DNA of 64,000 nucleotides, taken from Eledone cirrhosa. Taxonomy: Eukaryota. Shown piece by piece: positions 14,491-28,301 of the stretch. A model generated the notes under the pieces. That model made no database searches and was not told the origin of the DNA. It saw only the letters and a program-made list of their open reading frames with translations. A program made the position numbers and the translations under genes. Where the stretch lies: positions 293,384,001-293,448,000 of the forward strand of contig OZ024741.1 of NCBI GenBank assembly GCA_964016885.1, written 5' to 3'. The stretch's first letter is position 1, and the number at the start of each line of letters is the position of its first letter.

Positions 14491-15938
14491 TAAATTATGT
14501 TATAAGGCTGTATGTTCCCACAATCATCATGGCAAAATACTCTTCAAGTACACTGTCTAAATTAAAGTAAAATTTATGCATTTTCCTATTATAATTGAAT
14601 AATTTTATATTGAGTGAAATTCAGAGAAACAATAGAGTAATGCTAGTATTCATGTACACACACACTCACACACACACACATATATATATATATACACACA
14701 CATCATCTATCATTGTTGACATGGATTGTGTGAGTCTCACAGATATTCATCAGTCACTTGTTCTCTATTATCTGACACCTACAGCAACAAAGAAAACATA
14801 TGTTGGAAGACCACATCTGCATATGTTCCATTTACAGCTTGGTTTCAATGGCTAGATGCCTTTCCTAACACCAACACTGCAGAATGTATTGTGACGCCAG
14901 CACAAGAGAGGTTGCTATGTCCTTTACATATCCAAAGATTCCTCTTAACTCTTTATTTGGCATAGTTTCTTCAGCTCTATGCTTTTTCTAATGCCAATCA
15001 CTTTTCAAAATGTGCAGGGTGCATTTTGTCCATTATGTCGTTGACATGTCTGAAGAGGCTTTTCCACTCTTTGTTAGGCATAATCTCTACAGATCTATGC
15101 CCTTCCTAGTTCCAACTACTTAACAAGGTGTGCCAGATGGGTTTTAACATGACACCAACACTAGAAAGGTAGTCATGTCTTTGAAACAACTAAAGAATCC
15201 TCTCAACCATTTCTATGGCTGGATGCCCTTTCTAATACCCACCACTTTACAGGGTGTACTGGGTGCATTTTATTGTTGTACCAGCAGTAGAAAGGATGTT
15301 ATATTATTCATGTGACTGGAGAATCCTCTCAATGCTCTGTGGCAAAGAAAATCTGAAAAAAGGTGATGGATTATTATGAGAAGACAAGTATTAAAAACCA
15401 AAAGCAAACAAGAAGCAATTAGTCAAGATAAGATGGAATATTGTGGATATTGCACAAGTATCAATATCACTCAGTGATGGGAGTAAAAAAAGAAACAAAA
15501 CTCAGTTGAGATCAATGCTACAACATATATTCTTCATACAGTACATGATTCTGATACAGTCTGAGATAGGTTTGATAGTAATTTCATTTCATAACCAGTT
15601 TGAACTTTAATCCAATACAGTACCAATATTGGCAGTTACTTTAGAAGCTAGCTGGCTGGCTTGTTGAAACAGGCACTGCAGGAATTTGACATAAAGTCAC
15701 GTTTAGGATAAAGTAAAAAAAAGAAAATTATATATATATACAGTGAGAGCAAAGATGGGGCGATAAATTGAACATGGGGGAAAGAAATAGCAGTGTTGTA
15801 TGGAAAAACAATGTATGCATATGTATGAGGGGTGTAGGTAGGTTTGTGTATGTCTGTGGTTGTATGTGTCTGATATTCATTCAAAATTAAGTCTTCACCC
15901 CTTGTTACTCCATATGTATGGGTATGTAAATATATACA

Positions 15939-15985
<47 letters not shown>

Positions 15986-16141
15986 TCATATACATATGTA
16001 TGCATATATGTACGTCATATGCATTTATACATATAGGTAGGTACATTTGTATGTTTTCATATATATATATGTACATATATATTCTGGTATGTATGTATGT
16101 ATATATGTATATAAGTATATATACATATATGTATGTGTGTG

Positions 16142-16217
<76 letters not shown>

Positions 16218-16352
16218 TATATAAACTGGTGCATGTTTTTGCAGCTTAATTTCTTTCACTTAATTCTCTTAACATTCTTATCATCATCATCATCATCGTT
16301 TTTGTTGTCATTTTCAACTTAATTTTATAAGTTTATTTTGTTTTTGCCATAG

Positions 16353-16412
16353 GTATTACCACACTTTTGTGTGTATCCTACATCATTGTTCTTTGTTTCA
16401 TCTCTTCTATTG
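16353..16412 (+). CDS. Candidate 60 bp phase-1/phase-1 exon encoding hydrophobic (G)ITTLLCVSYIIVLCFISSI
   Basis: Acceptor gtttattttgtttttgccatag and donor gtaata; with 12038-12053 it gives a signal-peptide-like N-terminus. Confidence 0.35.
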
Positions 16413-16529
16413 GTAATAGCAGCAACAACAGCAGCTCTCTAGAACCCCCAAAAACTGCTTCATTGACAATAAATATATCATCAGTCATCATCACTATTAT
16501 AATTATCTTTTTCTTTGTCATTATCATTG

Positions 16530-17760
16530 GCAGAGTCATTAAGATGTCGGATAGAATACTTTATGGTATTCATCCAACCTCATTGCACACTCTGAATTCA
16601 AATCCCACAAGGGTTAAATTTGCCTTTCATCCTTTCGAGGTCGATAAAAAAAAAAGACCAGTCCAGTACTGGGGTTGATTCTTCCTGTATAGAAAAAATT
16701 GGCTGTGTTTAGACCTGGAGAGGGTTGGGCTCCACCAGGTTTAAAAGTGCCCTAGACATGCCGTTTAACAGTGCCTCTATGACTCCACAAGGAGTTATGG
16801 GATCTTTATCCCTTATCCTCCCTCCTCTCTTTCTCTTCCCTTTCGCATCTTCCTCCCCTTCATCTTCCTCCTCTTCTTCCTCCCCTTCATCTTCCTCCTC
16901 TTCTTCCTCCCCCTCCTCTTCCCCTTTCTCCTCCTCTCCTCTTCCTCCTCCTCATCATTACCTGTCATATGTTGGGTAATTCTCTGGTTAATATATAACA
17001 ATAAACAATAAATTAACAATATAGATACTCAAAATGGAGAAAAACAACATAGTATCATCATTATCATCATCATCAGTTGTACAGCCATTGCCTTTTCTGA
17101 CCTCAAACCTTTTATTCCCTCTTTAAAACAGACTGAGATATGGTATTTATATTGTAAGCAATTCAATTTACCCTAATATCTAACTGGTATTTCATTTTAT
17201 CTACCCTGTAAGGATGGAAGTTGAAGTCTACCTCAATAAAATTTGAGCTCAGTATGTAAAGGTCTCTAATTAAATACTGCAAGTCATTTTGTTAGTCACT
17301 CACCAATTCTGCCAGTTCACCATCCCGAAAGTTACCATAATAATGGTTTCTGATTTAGGCACAAGGCCAACAATTTTGGGGGAACTTGATTAAATCGACC
17401 CCAGTGCATTACTGGTACTTTATTTTCTCAATCCTGTAAGGATGAAAGGCCAAGCTAACCTTGACAGGACTTGAAATCAGTGCATAAAGGGATATAACTA
17501 TACACTGCAAAGCTGCCAATCCACTACCAATACTGCCAATCCACTGCCCTCAAGTTATATAATAATAAATGTTTCTAATATAGGCACAAACCAGGAAATT
17601 ATTATCAATCTCAGTATTTAAATGTTTTATTTTATCAACCCTGCAACAATGAGATTCAAAATTGACCGTGGCAAAATTTGAACTTAGAATGTAAAGGGCC
17701 ATAACTGAATATTGCAAGGCATTTAGTTTGATGCTCTACTGACTCTGCAAATCTACACTC
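16530..17760. mobile_element. Cluster of degenerate tRNA-derived SINE copies (one plus, three minus) and a (TCC/TCT)n tract at 16815-16955
   Basis: gcctttcatcctttcgaggtcgataaa at about 16622; reverse-strand cores near 17205, 17435 and 17640. Confidence 0.7.
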
Positions 17761-18139
17761 CTATTAATCTAAACTGTAATAAAGGAAGGTCTGCGGAATT
17801 GCATACGGTTTATTTTTTTAATCCCGTTTGTAAAATAAGTTGGATTACTTTGAATAAATAATGAATCAATATTACATAATTTATCTACTCAATTTCGTAA
17901 ACAAAAATAATTTCGGAAAAATAAATAATTTCAAATTGACTTCTTTTCAAAGTTGCACTTCCGGTATATCGCTGCCACCACCACTACTTCAACTACCATA
18001 TATATAGAAAGAGAGAGTGTGTGATGAGAGAGATAGAGAGATTATGACTTTCTACATGCTGACATCTATATGTATGAGTATATAACTATTATGAGTATAT
18101 AACTATAATTGTGCAAACACAAACTTATAAAAATACACT

Positions 18140-18465
18140 CTCACGAACATAATTCACACAAATACACATACATTCTAACAAATATACATACATTCACACA
18201 AATACACATACATTCACACAAATATACATATATTCACACATACTTTCACACAAATATACATACATTTAAACATACTTTCACACAAATACACATACATTCA
18301 CACATATACATTTACACAAACATACATACATTCACACATACTTTCACACAATCATACATACATTCACACATACTTTCACACAAATATACATACATTCACA
18401 CATATACATTTACACAGGCATACATATATTCACATATATACATTTACACAAACACACACATACAG
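18140..18465. repeat. CA-rich ~20 bp minisatellite (cacaaatacacatacattca)
   Basis: Seen directly. Confidence 0.85.
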
Positions 18466-18559
18466 TCATGATAGCGTTCGGTGAATTGGAGATGGGAGGA
18501 TAAAACAAGTATAACGTTTTATTTATTTATTAACTCTTTTTCTTTTAAACTCATTTAAT

Positions 18560-19190
18560 GTAATGGTTATAGAATGAAAACACTAACAAATATAATATAT
18601 ACAAATGAAAGGGAAAGGAAAAAAGAAAGAGAAAAATACACAAGCACATAAAACCCACATCTTAGACCCCATAGAACAAAATGCAGACGAAAGGGGTGGA
18701 AAAACGATCCGCTACCAGAGCAAAAGATAGCAATATAGCGAGGAGCACTGGGAAACCTCTCTAATAATTTTTGAGGCAGGCCAACATGCTCGCAGCATTA
18801 TCTGGGGTGATGGCGAGGCTGAGGTGCTGGAACAACCAAGTGCCCTCACGAGCATCACCAGTTACCTCTGTTTGGCGAGCCGCCAATGAAGATAAGAACC
18901 TCGCTGTCAGTAGCTCGACTCCCCCAAACGTCTCTAACGCCACAGGCTGGATAATGTATTTAGCTGACAGAACACGGTATTTTAGGATGCTGTAGCTCTC
19001 GCTCTTACCACTGCATCCAGGATGTGGGAAGAAGCAAAAGAGTCACTAACTGTGACGTCCCAGGTAAGGCACCTGCCTATTGATCAGAAGCACAGAGTAA
19101 GACCATCAAGTTTCTCATCAATTCAAGACAACCCAGATGGTTCCAAAATTGAGGGGTTGTTTGCCCAGGCCAAAGCTCTTGAGTGGTAAT
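18560..19190 (-). mobile_element. CRE-like non-LTR retrotransposon 3' end (restriction-like endonuclease), degenerate
   Basis: Minus strand gives DGLTL..WDVTVSDSFA and PVALETFG...VTGDARE..WLFQHLSLAI..DNAA, matching the CRE-clade C-terminal pattern. Confidence 0.7.
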
Positions 19191-19384
19191 AAGACAGTGT
19201 GTGTATGTGCACGCGCATTTGTCGCCGTTCTTAAATTAGAGACACGTGTGTGTGTGTCACTGTTTTTAAGTTAGAGACATATATATGTGTATCCCTATCC
19301 TTCCTTTTACACACACATACATTCACACAAACACACGTACACATTGTGTTGATGGACGAGTGGACAGAAGTCCCTCAAATTTAT

Positions 19385-20040
19385 ATGCATGTGAATGGAG
19401 TTCAACTGAAGCAGTTAGAGAGGTTCAACTATCTTGGAGAGGTTCAAGTATCTTGGAGCCATGTTCATGAGTGATGGAATGCAGGTGACTGAATTAAGTG
19501 CAAGAATTGCAAAAGCTGATGCAGTAAAGCGCCAGCCTCAGCAATCAGATGAAGCGGAGTAGGTGTAAAAGCCAAACTTGCTGTCTTCCTGGTATTCCTG
19601 CCAACTCTTATCGAGGATCATGAATCTTGAGTAATGACAAAAACAATACAATTGCAAATAAAAGTGGCAGAAATGAGATTCCTCTGAAGGGTCTTTGGAG
19701 TAACGTTACTCGATAAAGTGCATAGTTCAGAGACCAGAGAGTCACTCATGGTAGAGCCACTACTTCTCTGAATTGAGAGATCACAACTCCAATATTATGA
19801 GCATGTGGTTAGAATGTCTCAGTAATGAATCGCTGGACACATTTTACAGGCAAAACCAACTGGCAAGAGATCCAGAGGAAGACCCTGAGCAAGATAGTTG
19901 GATAACATCCATGAGCTTGGCTGGTCACGCTTTGGGATCCAGCTGGATCAGTTAGAAATGTTTGCTACTGACAGACTCGCTGGAAGGAGTGTTTGAGAAG
20001 GACTCTGCCCCCACGACCCTCTCAGAAATAAGTTATGAAG
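19385..20040 (+). mobile_element. Degenerate RTE (Expander/Rex3-like) 3' fragment
   Basis: VNGVQLKQLERFNYLG, AEMRFL, VEPLLL.IERSQL and KPTGKR.RGRP motifs with stops. Confidence 0.8.
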
Positions 20041-22504
20041 AAGATATTGTTGATTTACTTTTCAATTTACATATATCTAGATGCATATATATTTGCGTAT
20101 AATACCAATATGCACACTACACATGCCAGTAGAAAACTGCCCGGGGGCAGTTTTTCTGCTAGTAACAATAATAATTATGATTCTGCATTATGCACAAGGC
20201 CAACAATTTTGGAGGTGGGAAATAGTCAATTAAATCAGCTCCATTATTTGATGTACTTTAGTTTATCAACCCTAGAACGATGAAAGGCAAAGAAGTGTAA
20301 TTAAATACTGCAAAGTATTTTGTCTGATACTCTCATAACTCTGCAAATCCAGTGCCCTAATAATAATACCAAAATTAATAGTAATAACAACAACAGACAT
20401 GTTATTTAAAAAAAGGAAACACAAACATTAATGAAAAATAAATGATAAATAATAAAAACCAGAAATACAATAAAATGAAAACAAGAGAGAATTTCTAAAG
20501 TAATTTCTAAGATGACATAAAAGATATCTCTTGACAATATTGGTAAAAGCTGTTAGTACTCTGGGAGGTTTTTAAAAGTCTTTTTAATAATCTAAGAAAG
20601 TCTCTAATGAACTTCCATTTTAAAAATTGACGTTTCTGTAAAAAAAAGAAAAGATAAAAAAAACAAAACAACAGTAATAATAACAACAAAGAATTATAAA
20701 ACTGATAGAAAAAATAGATAAATAATTATATAAATGATGATGATGATCTAGATAGATTGATTTGAATACAAAAAAATTATTTGTTAAGCAGTTCAAATAT
20801 TAATGTTTTCTGAAACACTTATAAGACTCACGAAATTTATAAAAAAAATAAAAAAAATAGTTTAGATTTAAAATATTTGTGTTGCTGTTGTAGTTGTTAT
20901 TTAGAAACCATCTTTAGCTGACTAAAGAATTTTTTTCTTGACTAATGATTCTGATAAAATAGAAGAAAAGCAAGGAAAGACTAATTGACGAGATCATGCT
21001 AATTTTCAACATAGCATAGATTGGTACAATCAGCAATGACAAGACAATATGTTATTTTGTAAATAAACAACATTATGCTAATTGACAGCCATAGAAGGGC
21101 GTGGGGGAAGAGTAGAGTAAGGTGTAGTGCTGGATGGGACAGAGAAGGGAATGGTAGATGAAGGAGGAAGGTTGATGTTATTTAACCATTTTGTTACCAT
21201 ATTTCTAATAAAAAACAGTTTGTGATTTTTCAAATGATTTGAAAAACAATCAAGAATTTGAAAGGATTTATAATATAACTTAGTAATATAACTATATTAG
21301 TAAGCTGGTGTTTGGAACATAAACAAAGGTTCATCTATAAAATTATGATGGAAGGTTTTTAGATAAATATAAACATTTTACAATAAACAGTTTTATATGG
21401 TAGAACCAGAGGCGGTTCCAGGTGGTTTGGTATCAAAAGTGTTAACTGGTACTTTATGTAAGAGATTAGTCTACCATGGAGGTAGGTTATAGTCATATTG
21501 CAACTCAGAATGCAAACGGCAGGAATAGATACTGAAAGATTGTATGATAGTTTTCCAATGATTTTGACAGTCCACCAACCCACACTGCTACTTTATTTGT
21601 TGAACACCCTGTAGAAGGATTACAAGCAAGAAACTACCCACGGTTGTACACAGCATGCACGTATGGACCCGTAACTCCTAAGGGAATCGAAGGGGTGCCT
21701 TATTGACATGGCCAGCCCATCTTTTCTCCAGGTCTGAATAAAGCCAATTTCTTCCAGAGGAGGATAGAGAGTGAGAGAATAGAAGTGAGAAAGTGATACA
21801 GAGGAAATATTGACCCCAATATTAGGCTGGTACATTTTTATCAAAATTGACCTGGCAGGTTTTGAACTTAGAGAGCTGAAAGGAATACTACAAAGCACTA
21901 TGTCAAACATTCTAACAACTGCCAATTCATTGCCATATTGTTGTACAATATGAAACTGTATATTTTAAAGTGTTCCAATTTATCTAAAAACATTCCATCA
22001 TAATTATATTTAAGAACGTTTGTTAAACTTTGTCCTAAACACCAGCTTGTGATAGTGAGAAAGTTAATTATATTACTAAATATCTCCAATTTCTGATTAT
22101 TTTAGAAGTGATTTGAAAATAAAACAGGAATATAGTAACAAAAGGGTTAGCTTATAATGTAAGTAGACAGTAACAGAAACCACAGGTCATTTTAGGCCTT
22201 AGCACTTCAATTGGAATTTGCTTTATCAACCCTAGAAATGTAAAAGGTAAAGTAAACCTTGATTATTACTGCAAGGTATTTTGTCTGGTGCTCTCTGGAT
22301 TTCATTGATAGCCTAGCAGGACAAAGCAAAGCAGTGCTCTAACTGCTCTACCAAGCAATAATTTGGTTGATCTTTTTGTATAAATCTAATAACTGAAAAC
22401 AACATTTTATATGAAAAAGAAAAGAAATGAAATTAGCTTTTGAAAAAGAGAAACACACACATGTACACACATGTACACACATATTTAATTTTTCATTGCA
22501 CATT

Positions 22505-23290
22505 CTGTCTTATGATGAAAGGCTAGCACCTGAAACTTTAAGACTTGTTCTTGTGTTGGCATGTGAACAGAATTGCAGACACTAATGTTTCTGGGTATCA
22601 CCCTTCATCAGTACAGCTCACTGTTCATCTGCCAAACTGTCAGAGCTAGTGAAAATATGCTATTTTCAAAAATACACAGTGACTGATCAGCCTAATTTGC
22701 ATATTAGCAGACTGGCTGATCAGTCAGATCTGCATATTAGCAGATCCACTGATCAGCCAGATTCGCATATCAGCAGACTGGCCAGTCAGTTTCCTGTATA
22801 CGAGCGATAAATGGCTGGCTTAGCCAAATTCAAATAAAAAAAGAAAATTTCACTCTACATGGCTGAATACAATAAATGTAATCTGAGTTTTTCGAATATT
22901 AATAATAGCATTCGATTTGTTTGCAATTATGTAATCAAGCCTCAATTTTATAGCCATGTCAGTAGAATGAACCCTTCATTCTTGCTCTTGTGTTGGCATG
23001 GATCTGCTAATATGCAGATCTGACTGATAAGCCAGTCTACTAATATGCAAATTAGGCCGATCAGTCACTGCGTATTTTTGAAAATAGCATATATTTTCAC
23101 TAGCTCTGACAGTTTGGCAGGTGAACATGAAGGGTGATACCCAGAAACATTAGTGTCTGCAGTTCTGTTTACATGCCAATACAAGAGCAAGAATGAAGGG
23201 TTCATTCTACTGACATGGCTATAAAATTGAGGCTTGTTTGCATAATTGCAAATGAATCGAATGTTATTATTAATATTCGAAAAACTCATA
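22505..23290. mobile_element. Rearranged inverted-repeat element with hammerhead motif (Penelope-like terminus)
   Basis: About 22545-22747 is inverted against about 23001-23190, and 22884-23000 against 23172-23289; ends in (TA)n. Confidence 0.65.
22570..22619 (-). ncRNA. Type I hammerhead ribozyme motif
   Basis: gagctgta CTGATGA a-gggt-gat-accc-a GAAA cattagtg TC tgcaattc; stems I, II and III pair and the cleavage triplet is GUC. Confidence 0.75.
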
Positions 23291-23309
23291 TATATATATA
23301 TATATATAT

Positions 23310-23502
23310 ATAGGAACCAGTAAGACCCCGACAGCTGAGCTCAAGCCGTTTCGACGGCTAATTCTGGACTGAATTAGCCGTCGAAACGGCTTGAGCTCAG
23401 CTGTCGGGGTCTTACTGGTTCCTATTACCCACTCTACTACCCCAAGTATTGAGTACTTTGGTGCGTTATGGTCCACCTGGTTCCTTACCACATTTCCTTC
23501 GT
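23310..23502 (+). mobile_element. Perfect-arm hairpin (about 55 bp arms) plus ~77 bp tail in (TA)n; same family as 5065-5262
   Basis: ataggaaccagtaagaccccgacagc...gctgtcggggtcttactggttcctat, with (TA)n on both sides. Confidence 0.65.
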
Positions 23503-24065
23503 TATATATATATATATATATTATTGTCTGTGTGTGTGTGTGTGAATACACATTAGTACAAAAAACTTGATATATGTCTATATCAATTTGTATTGTTGAT
23601 TTTAATACTATTGTTATTTCATTAAACAGATAGGATGAAAAAGCAGTAAGATGAGACAACTGTTAGTAAAACAATATTGTGTTTGTTATTCTGTTAGGCA
23701 TGTAATTACACACATCTGTGCCTTTATATGAGTATATATGTATATATATTTAAATATATTTGTAAGTGCTTATGCAGAAGTGTGTATGTATTCAAATGTC
23801 ACCATTTGTAAAAATACTGGATGTAGAGCACATCGTTTAATTTTTTTCTTTCACCATTCAAATTTCATGCTACTGTGAATTTGATGTGACTGGTTTTATG
23901 TATACTAATACGTAACCCGTTGTTTTTGGAATAGATTCAGCAATATTTAATTTCTTTGCAAATTGTAATAAAGTTATGCATATGGATGCTCTCTCTCTCT
24001 CGCTCTCTCTCTCTCTATATATATATATATTATTATTATTATTACTATATATATATTATTATTAC

Positions 24066-24270
24066 GGTGGACTGGCAGTATCGGTAGACGGTCGGACGCC
24101 ATGCTTTCCAGCATAGTTACGTCCCTTTACGATCTGAGTTCAAATCCCGCCGAGGTTGACTTTGCCTTTCATCCTTACGAGGTCGATAAAATAAAGTACC
24201 AGTAATGCACTGGATAATTGCTGGCCTTGTGCCTAAAGTAGAAACAATTATTATTATTATTATTATTACT
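24066..24270 (+). mobile_element. Full-length young tRNA-derived SINE with (ATT)n tail
   Basis: A box tggcagtatcggtag, B box gagttcaaatcc, core gcctttcatccttacgaggtcgataaaataaagtaccag; (ATT)n on both flanks. Confidence 0.9.
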
Positions 24271-24399
24271 ATATATATATATATATATATACATACACAC
24301 ACACCAGCATGGTACTCAACAAAATTTATGTGATTTATAGGAAAGAATATTTAATTTAATAATTCCTTGATTACAATATTCTAACTTCTATTTTGTGGG

Positions 24400-24625
24400 G
24401 GTGAAAGTCATAACGTAATGGGTTTGATTCCTGGACTGGATTGTGTGTTGTGTTCTTGAGCAAAACATGTAATTTTACATTGCCCTAGTATACTCACCTA
24501 AAAATTAGTATCAGTAATAGTTATGGATTTAGTGCTATGATGCACTGGCTTCCTGTCAAATGGGGTGTCGTGTACTCTGTCACTTAACACCACCGAAACT
24601 GGGATTAGCACCATCCTCAGAGTCT
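24400..24625 (+). mobile_element. CORE-like SINE, degenerate
   Basis: gggtttgattcctggac..gtgttcttgagcaaaac. Confidence 0.6.
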
Positions 24626-25980
24626 CTGGGTTCAAGACAGATTTTAGAACCTCTATTTTTCTTGACTTTCTCCCTCTGGTCACTCCAGCTCTGTTCATAT
24701 TTCATTTCATGTTTATCATCATGTAATGTCCATTATCCATGCTTCCATGGGTTAGATGAGTTGTCATGTTATGGGACATTTCAGGTCCGGAATTTGTACT
24801 TTGTGGTTATTGTTCATTTTGTCCCAAAATAGCTATATTGGTAAATATACATGAATAGATAATTATAGATTGACAGCCAGGTAAGCAGATTGATAGGTAT
24901 ACAGATGCGTAGGTAGGCAGACAGATAAACAGACAAATGTATACAGATAGATAGATTTTGTTTGTATTGTCCTGAGATAGATAGACACGGAGGTAAATAG
25001 CTATAGATCTTATCAACACTGTGAGAGACAGAGAGCTAGAAATAAGATAGCAAATTACCATTTCCCAAATAAATCTAGCACAGTGGTTGGCATGCGGCAG
25101 TCGTGTTTTATTATCAAGGTATATACAAATGGAACGAAGAAACAATTTTCATTCATCAGCCATCATTTCTGGTTGCCAACATTCATTAATTGCCTATGTT
25201 GTTTGCAGTGGATTTTAGCTGCTATGTCCAGAATTTATCACATGAAACAGGAAAAGTAGCCCCAGTAACTGTCCGGGACCTGAACAAGATGAAATTGGCT
25301 TGTAACAAGATAAAATAGACCACTTACTTCTAGGGGACCTAACACCCAGATGAAGTATAACACTTATTCTACACCCACATGCACACATCTAGCTTGGTAG
25401 TTATATAGGTACATAAGTGGTAATCTGGGAGATAAATGGATAGAAATACTTTAGTTGTTGAAGAGACGTCCAAATGAATATCCTCTACCACCAATTAAGT
25501 TGCTCTCTGACACTGGGTCCTGGCTGACAGGATGGAGAAGGTATTGCCTCAGAGGACGGCTAGGGAGACAAGCTGAAACAGCCACTCCACCTCAAAGGGC
25601 TTGCACTTGCGAGCAGTCAACTCCACCCAGATAGCAGTGACTAGGGATAGCGCCCAGTGGCCAAGGATGCTGAAAGTCACCACTGCTACAAGCTCTAGGT
25701 GTAGATAAATGTAGTTAGTTTGATAATATGTAGGTAGAAAGAGAGATGTGTGGGTAACTAGCAAGATAGATAGGTAGGAAGAGGTAGGTGGGGACTTAGT
25801 GAGATTGATTGGTTGGAAGAGGGGTAGGTACTTAGTAAGATATGTTTCTTTATAATTTATTATTTTTATTTTTATTCATAATAATAAATAAGAATAAATA
25901 ATAAAGAAACACATCTTACTAGGTACCTACCAATTTGTCATCTTACCTGTCAATCTCGATAATACCCACCTAGTAAGATA

Positions 25981-26444
25981 TGTTTCTTTATTAGCCACAG
26001 GGGCACAAAAGAAGGGGACAAATACAAAGGGGGAAGTTTACATACAATAAAAACGTGTAAAATATTATCACAAATGCAATTTAAAAATTAGTCGATTTTC
26101 CCCAATAGGAGAAGACAGTTCATACCCCCGAAAAGATGTGCAACCCTCATCTCCAGGAGTACGAAGAGTTTGTACTCCTTTCCTCTCCTCTTCCTTTTCC
26201 TCAACCTACAGGCTGATATCGAGAGAAGGCCCATTCACTCGGGCCATTCTTGCCATTTTCACCCACCTTTCATAAAACTTGCTGGGGTACAGCACCTCTC
26301 TTTCCATCCTGATTCTTCTTCCAAAGTGGTATTTGAAAAAAAGAATCAGTTGTTGGCCGGAGAGAAAGGTGTTTGGACTCGGTGGTCAACCGGATTGGTT
26401 CCACCCGCAACAATAGTCGTTCTACATAGCCCCACAGGTCGGTG
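25981..26444 (-). mobile_element. Tx1/L1 3' fragment with 17 bp target site duplication
   Basis: TSD acccacctagtaagata at 25964-25980 and 26445-26461; body similar to 47640-48148; ends aataaagaaaca. Confidence 0.85.
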
Positions 26445-26771
26445 ACCCACCTAGTAAGATAGATAGGTAGGAAGAAATGGGTGGGTACCTAGCAAGATAG
26501 ACAGCTAAGAAGAGAGGTGGGTGAGTAATTAGCAAAAAGGTAGGTAGGAGGTGAAATGGGTAGGTATCTAGTGAGATAGATGGATGGGTATCTTACAAGA
26601 TAAACAGGTAGGAATGGAAGTAGTTGAATAGGCTTTTGTTGGGCTTTAGGTTGGTGGGCAACTCTGATTAATTATTTTATATGTATTATGATACTATTTC
26701 TTTTATTTTATTTTTGTGTATATATATATATATATAGTTATAGGAATAACCAAAGAGTGCTGAGAAATACA

Positions 26772-26837
26772 TTGTTTTATTAGCTAACAGTGTTTCATCC
26801 ATACCCCATGGCAGGAATCATCAGAGCCTATAAACAA
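26772..26837 (-). ncRNA. Type I hammerhead ribozyme motif (left arm copy)
   Basis: ggct CTGATGA ttcctgccatggggtatggat GAAA c act g TT agct. Confidence 0.65.
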
Positions 26838-28301
26838 GAGTATATCAGTAGTTGCATACTCTATCGAGCTGCATCACCAGAACAAGGTTAAAGGACCAGC
26901 AGGGGGGTCCCGAGGCCAGCGCTATATGGAAAAAGACAGAATACATGATGCACATAATGTCATAAAATGTCTTAAAAAAGTTAAAAATTACACCAAAAGT
27001 TTATCACTTAAATGGTGCAATAGATGATAAAGAGGTTGGGAGAGGGTAGCAAGGGATGAGTGAGGGTATTACTCAGCATGATCAGAAACAATAAGAAAAT
27101 AATAAAAAAAATAATAATAAAAAAGTATAAAAATACAGGGATAAGAAAAGAGATAAATATAAAAATACAAAACAATAAAGGAACAAAATATAAGCCAAAG
27201 CAGAGCATAGATACATCAAAGCGGAAGCAGTGCAAAATCAGGGTGTACAGGCAGATTAAGAGAGTTTGCAAGCATGAGTCTGTGAAAAGAATAGTTGGTT
27301 AGCAGTGGTGCAGCCTTACATGTATGATAGTCCATATGAGGGATGGTGTACTCCAATTATATCGCCTTGTAACAGGTTGATTCTCCTTATCATATCCGCA
27401 CCCTACGAACCACATCGATATGTTCCAGTTCCGAACGTTAAGTGAGATAACATTGGAGTGAGCGACCGAACATGAGGATTTTGGGGAATACCAGTTTCTG
27501 CGGACCTGGCGTGTTTTCAATTTCCTCACATCTGTGCCGGCTGTATATGTACCATACATTTCTTTAACTCATCGTACTTTCTTTTATTTTTTATTTTAGA
27601 TTTTAGGTGTATATCCCAGACCGCCTATGGTGATAAATCCCCTGGGTATAGGTTTTGGAAAAATAGTGTTATCTCACTTAACGTTCGGAACTGAAACATA
27701 CCGATGTGGTTCGTAGGGTGCGGATATGATAAGGACAATCGACCTGTTACAAGGTGATATAATTGGAGTACACCATCCCTCATATGGACTATCATACATG
27801 TAAGGCTGCACCACTGCTAACCAACTATTCTTTTCACAGACTCATGCTTGCAAGCTCTCTTAATCTGCCTGTACACCCTGATTTTGCACTGCTTCTGCTT
27901 TGATGTATCTATGCTCTGCTTTGTCTTATATTTTGGGGGGTTTCCGGGCTTTTTGTTCCTTTATTGTTTTGTATTTTTATATTTATCTCTTTTCTTATCC
28001 CTGTATTTTTGTACTTTTCTATTATTTTTTTTAAAATTATTTTCTTATTGTTTCTGATCATGCTGAGTAATACCCTCATTCATCCCTTGCTACCCTCTCC
28101 CAACCTCTTTATCATCTATTGCACCATTTAAGTGATAAATTTTTGGTGTAATTTTTAACTTTTTAAAGACATTTTATGACATTATGTGCATCATGTATTC
28201 TGTCTTTTTCCATATAGCGCTGGCCTCTGGAACCCCCTGCTGGTCCTTTAACCTTGTTCTGGTGATGCAGCTCAATGGAACATGCAACAACTGATATACT
28301 C

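Noticed and set aside
23629-23646. Possible micro-exon (aaacag|ataggatgaaaaagca|gtaaga)
   Set aside because: Too short to distinguish from chance without transcript data.
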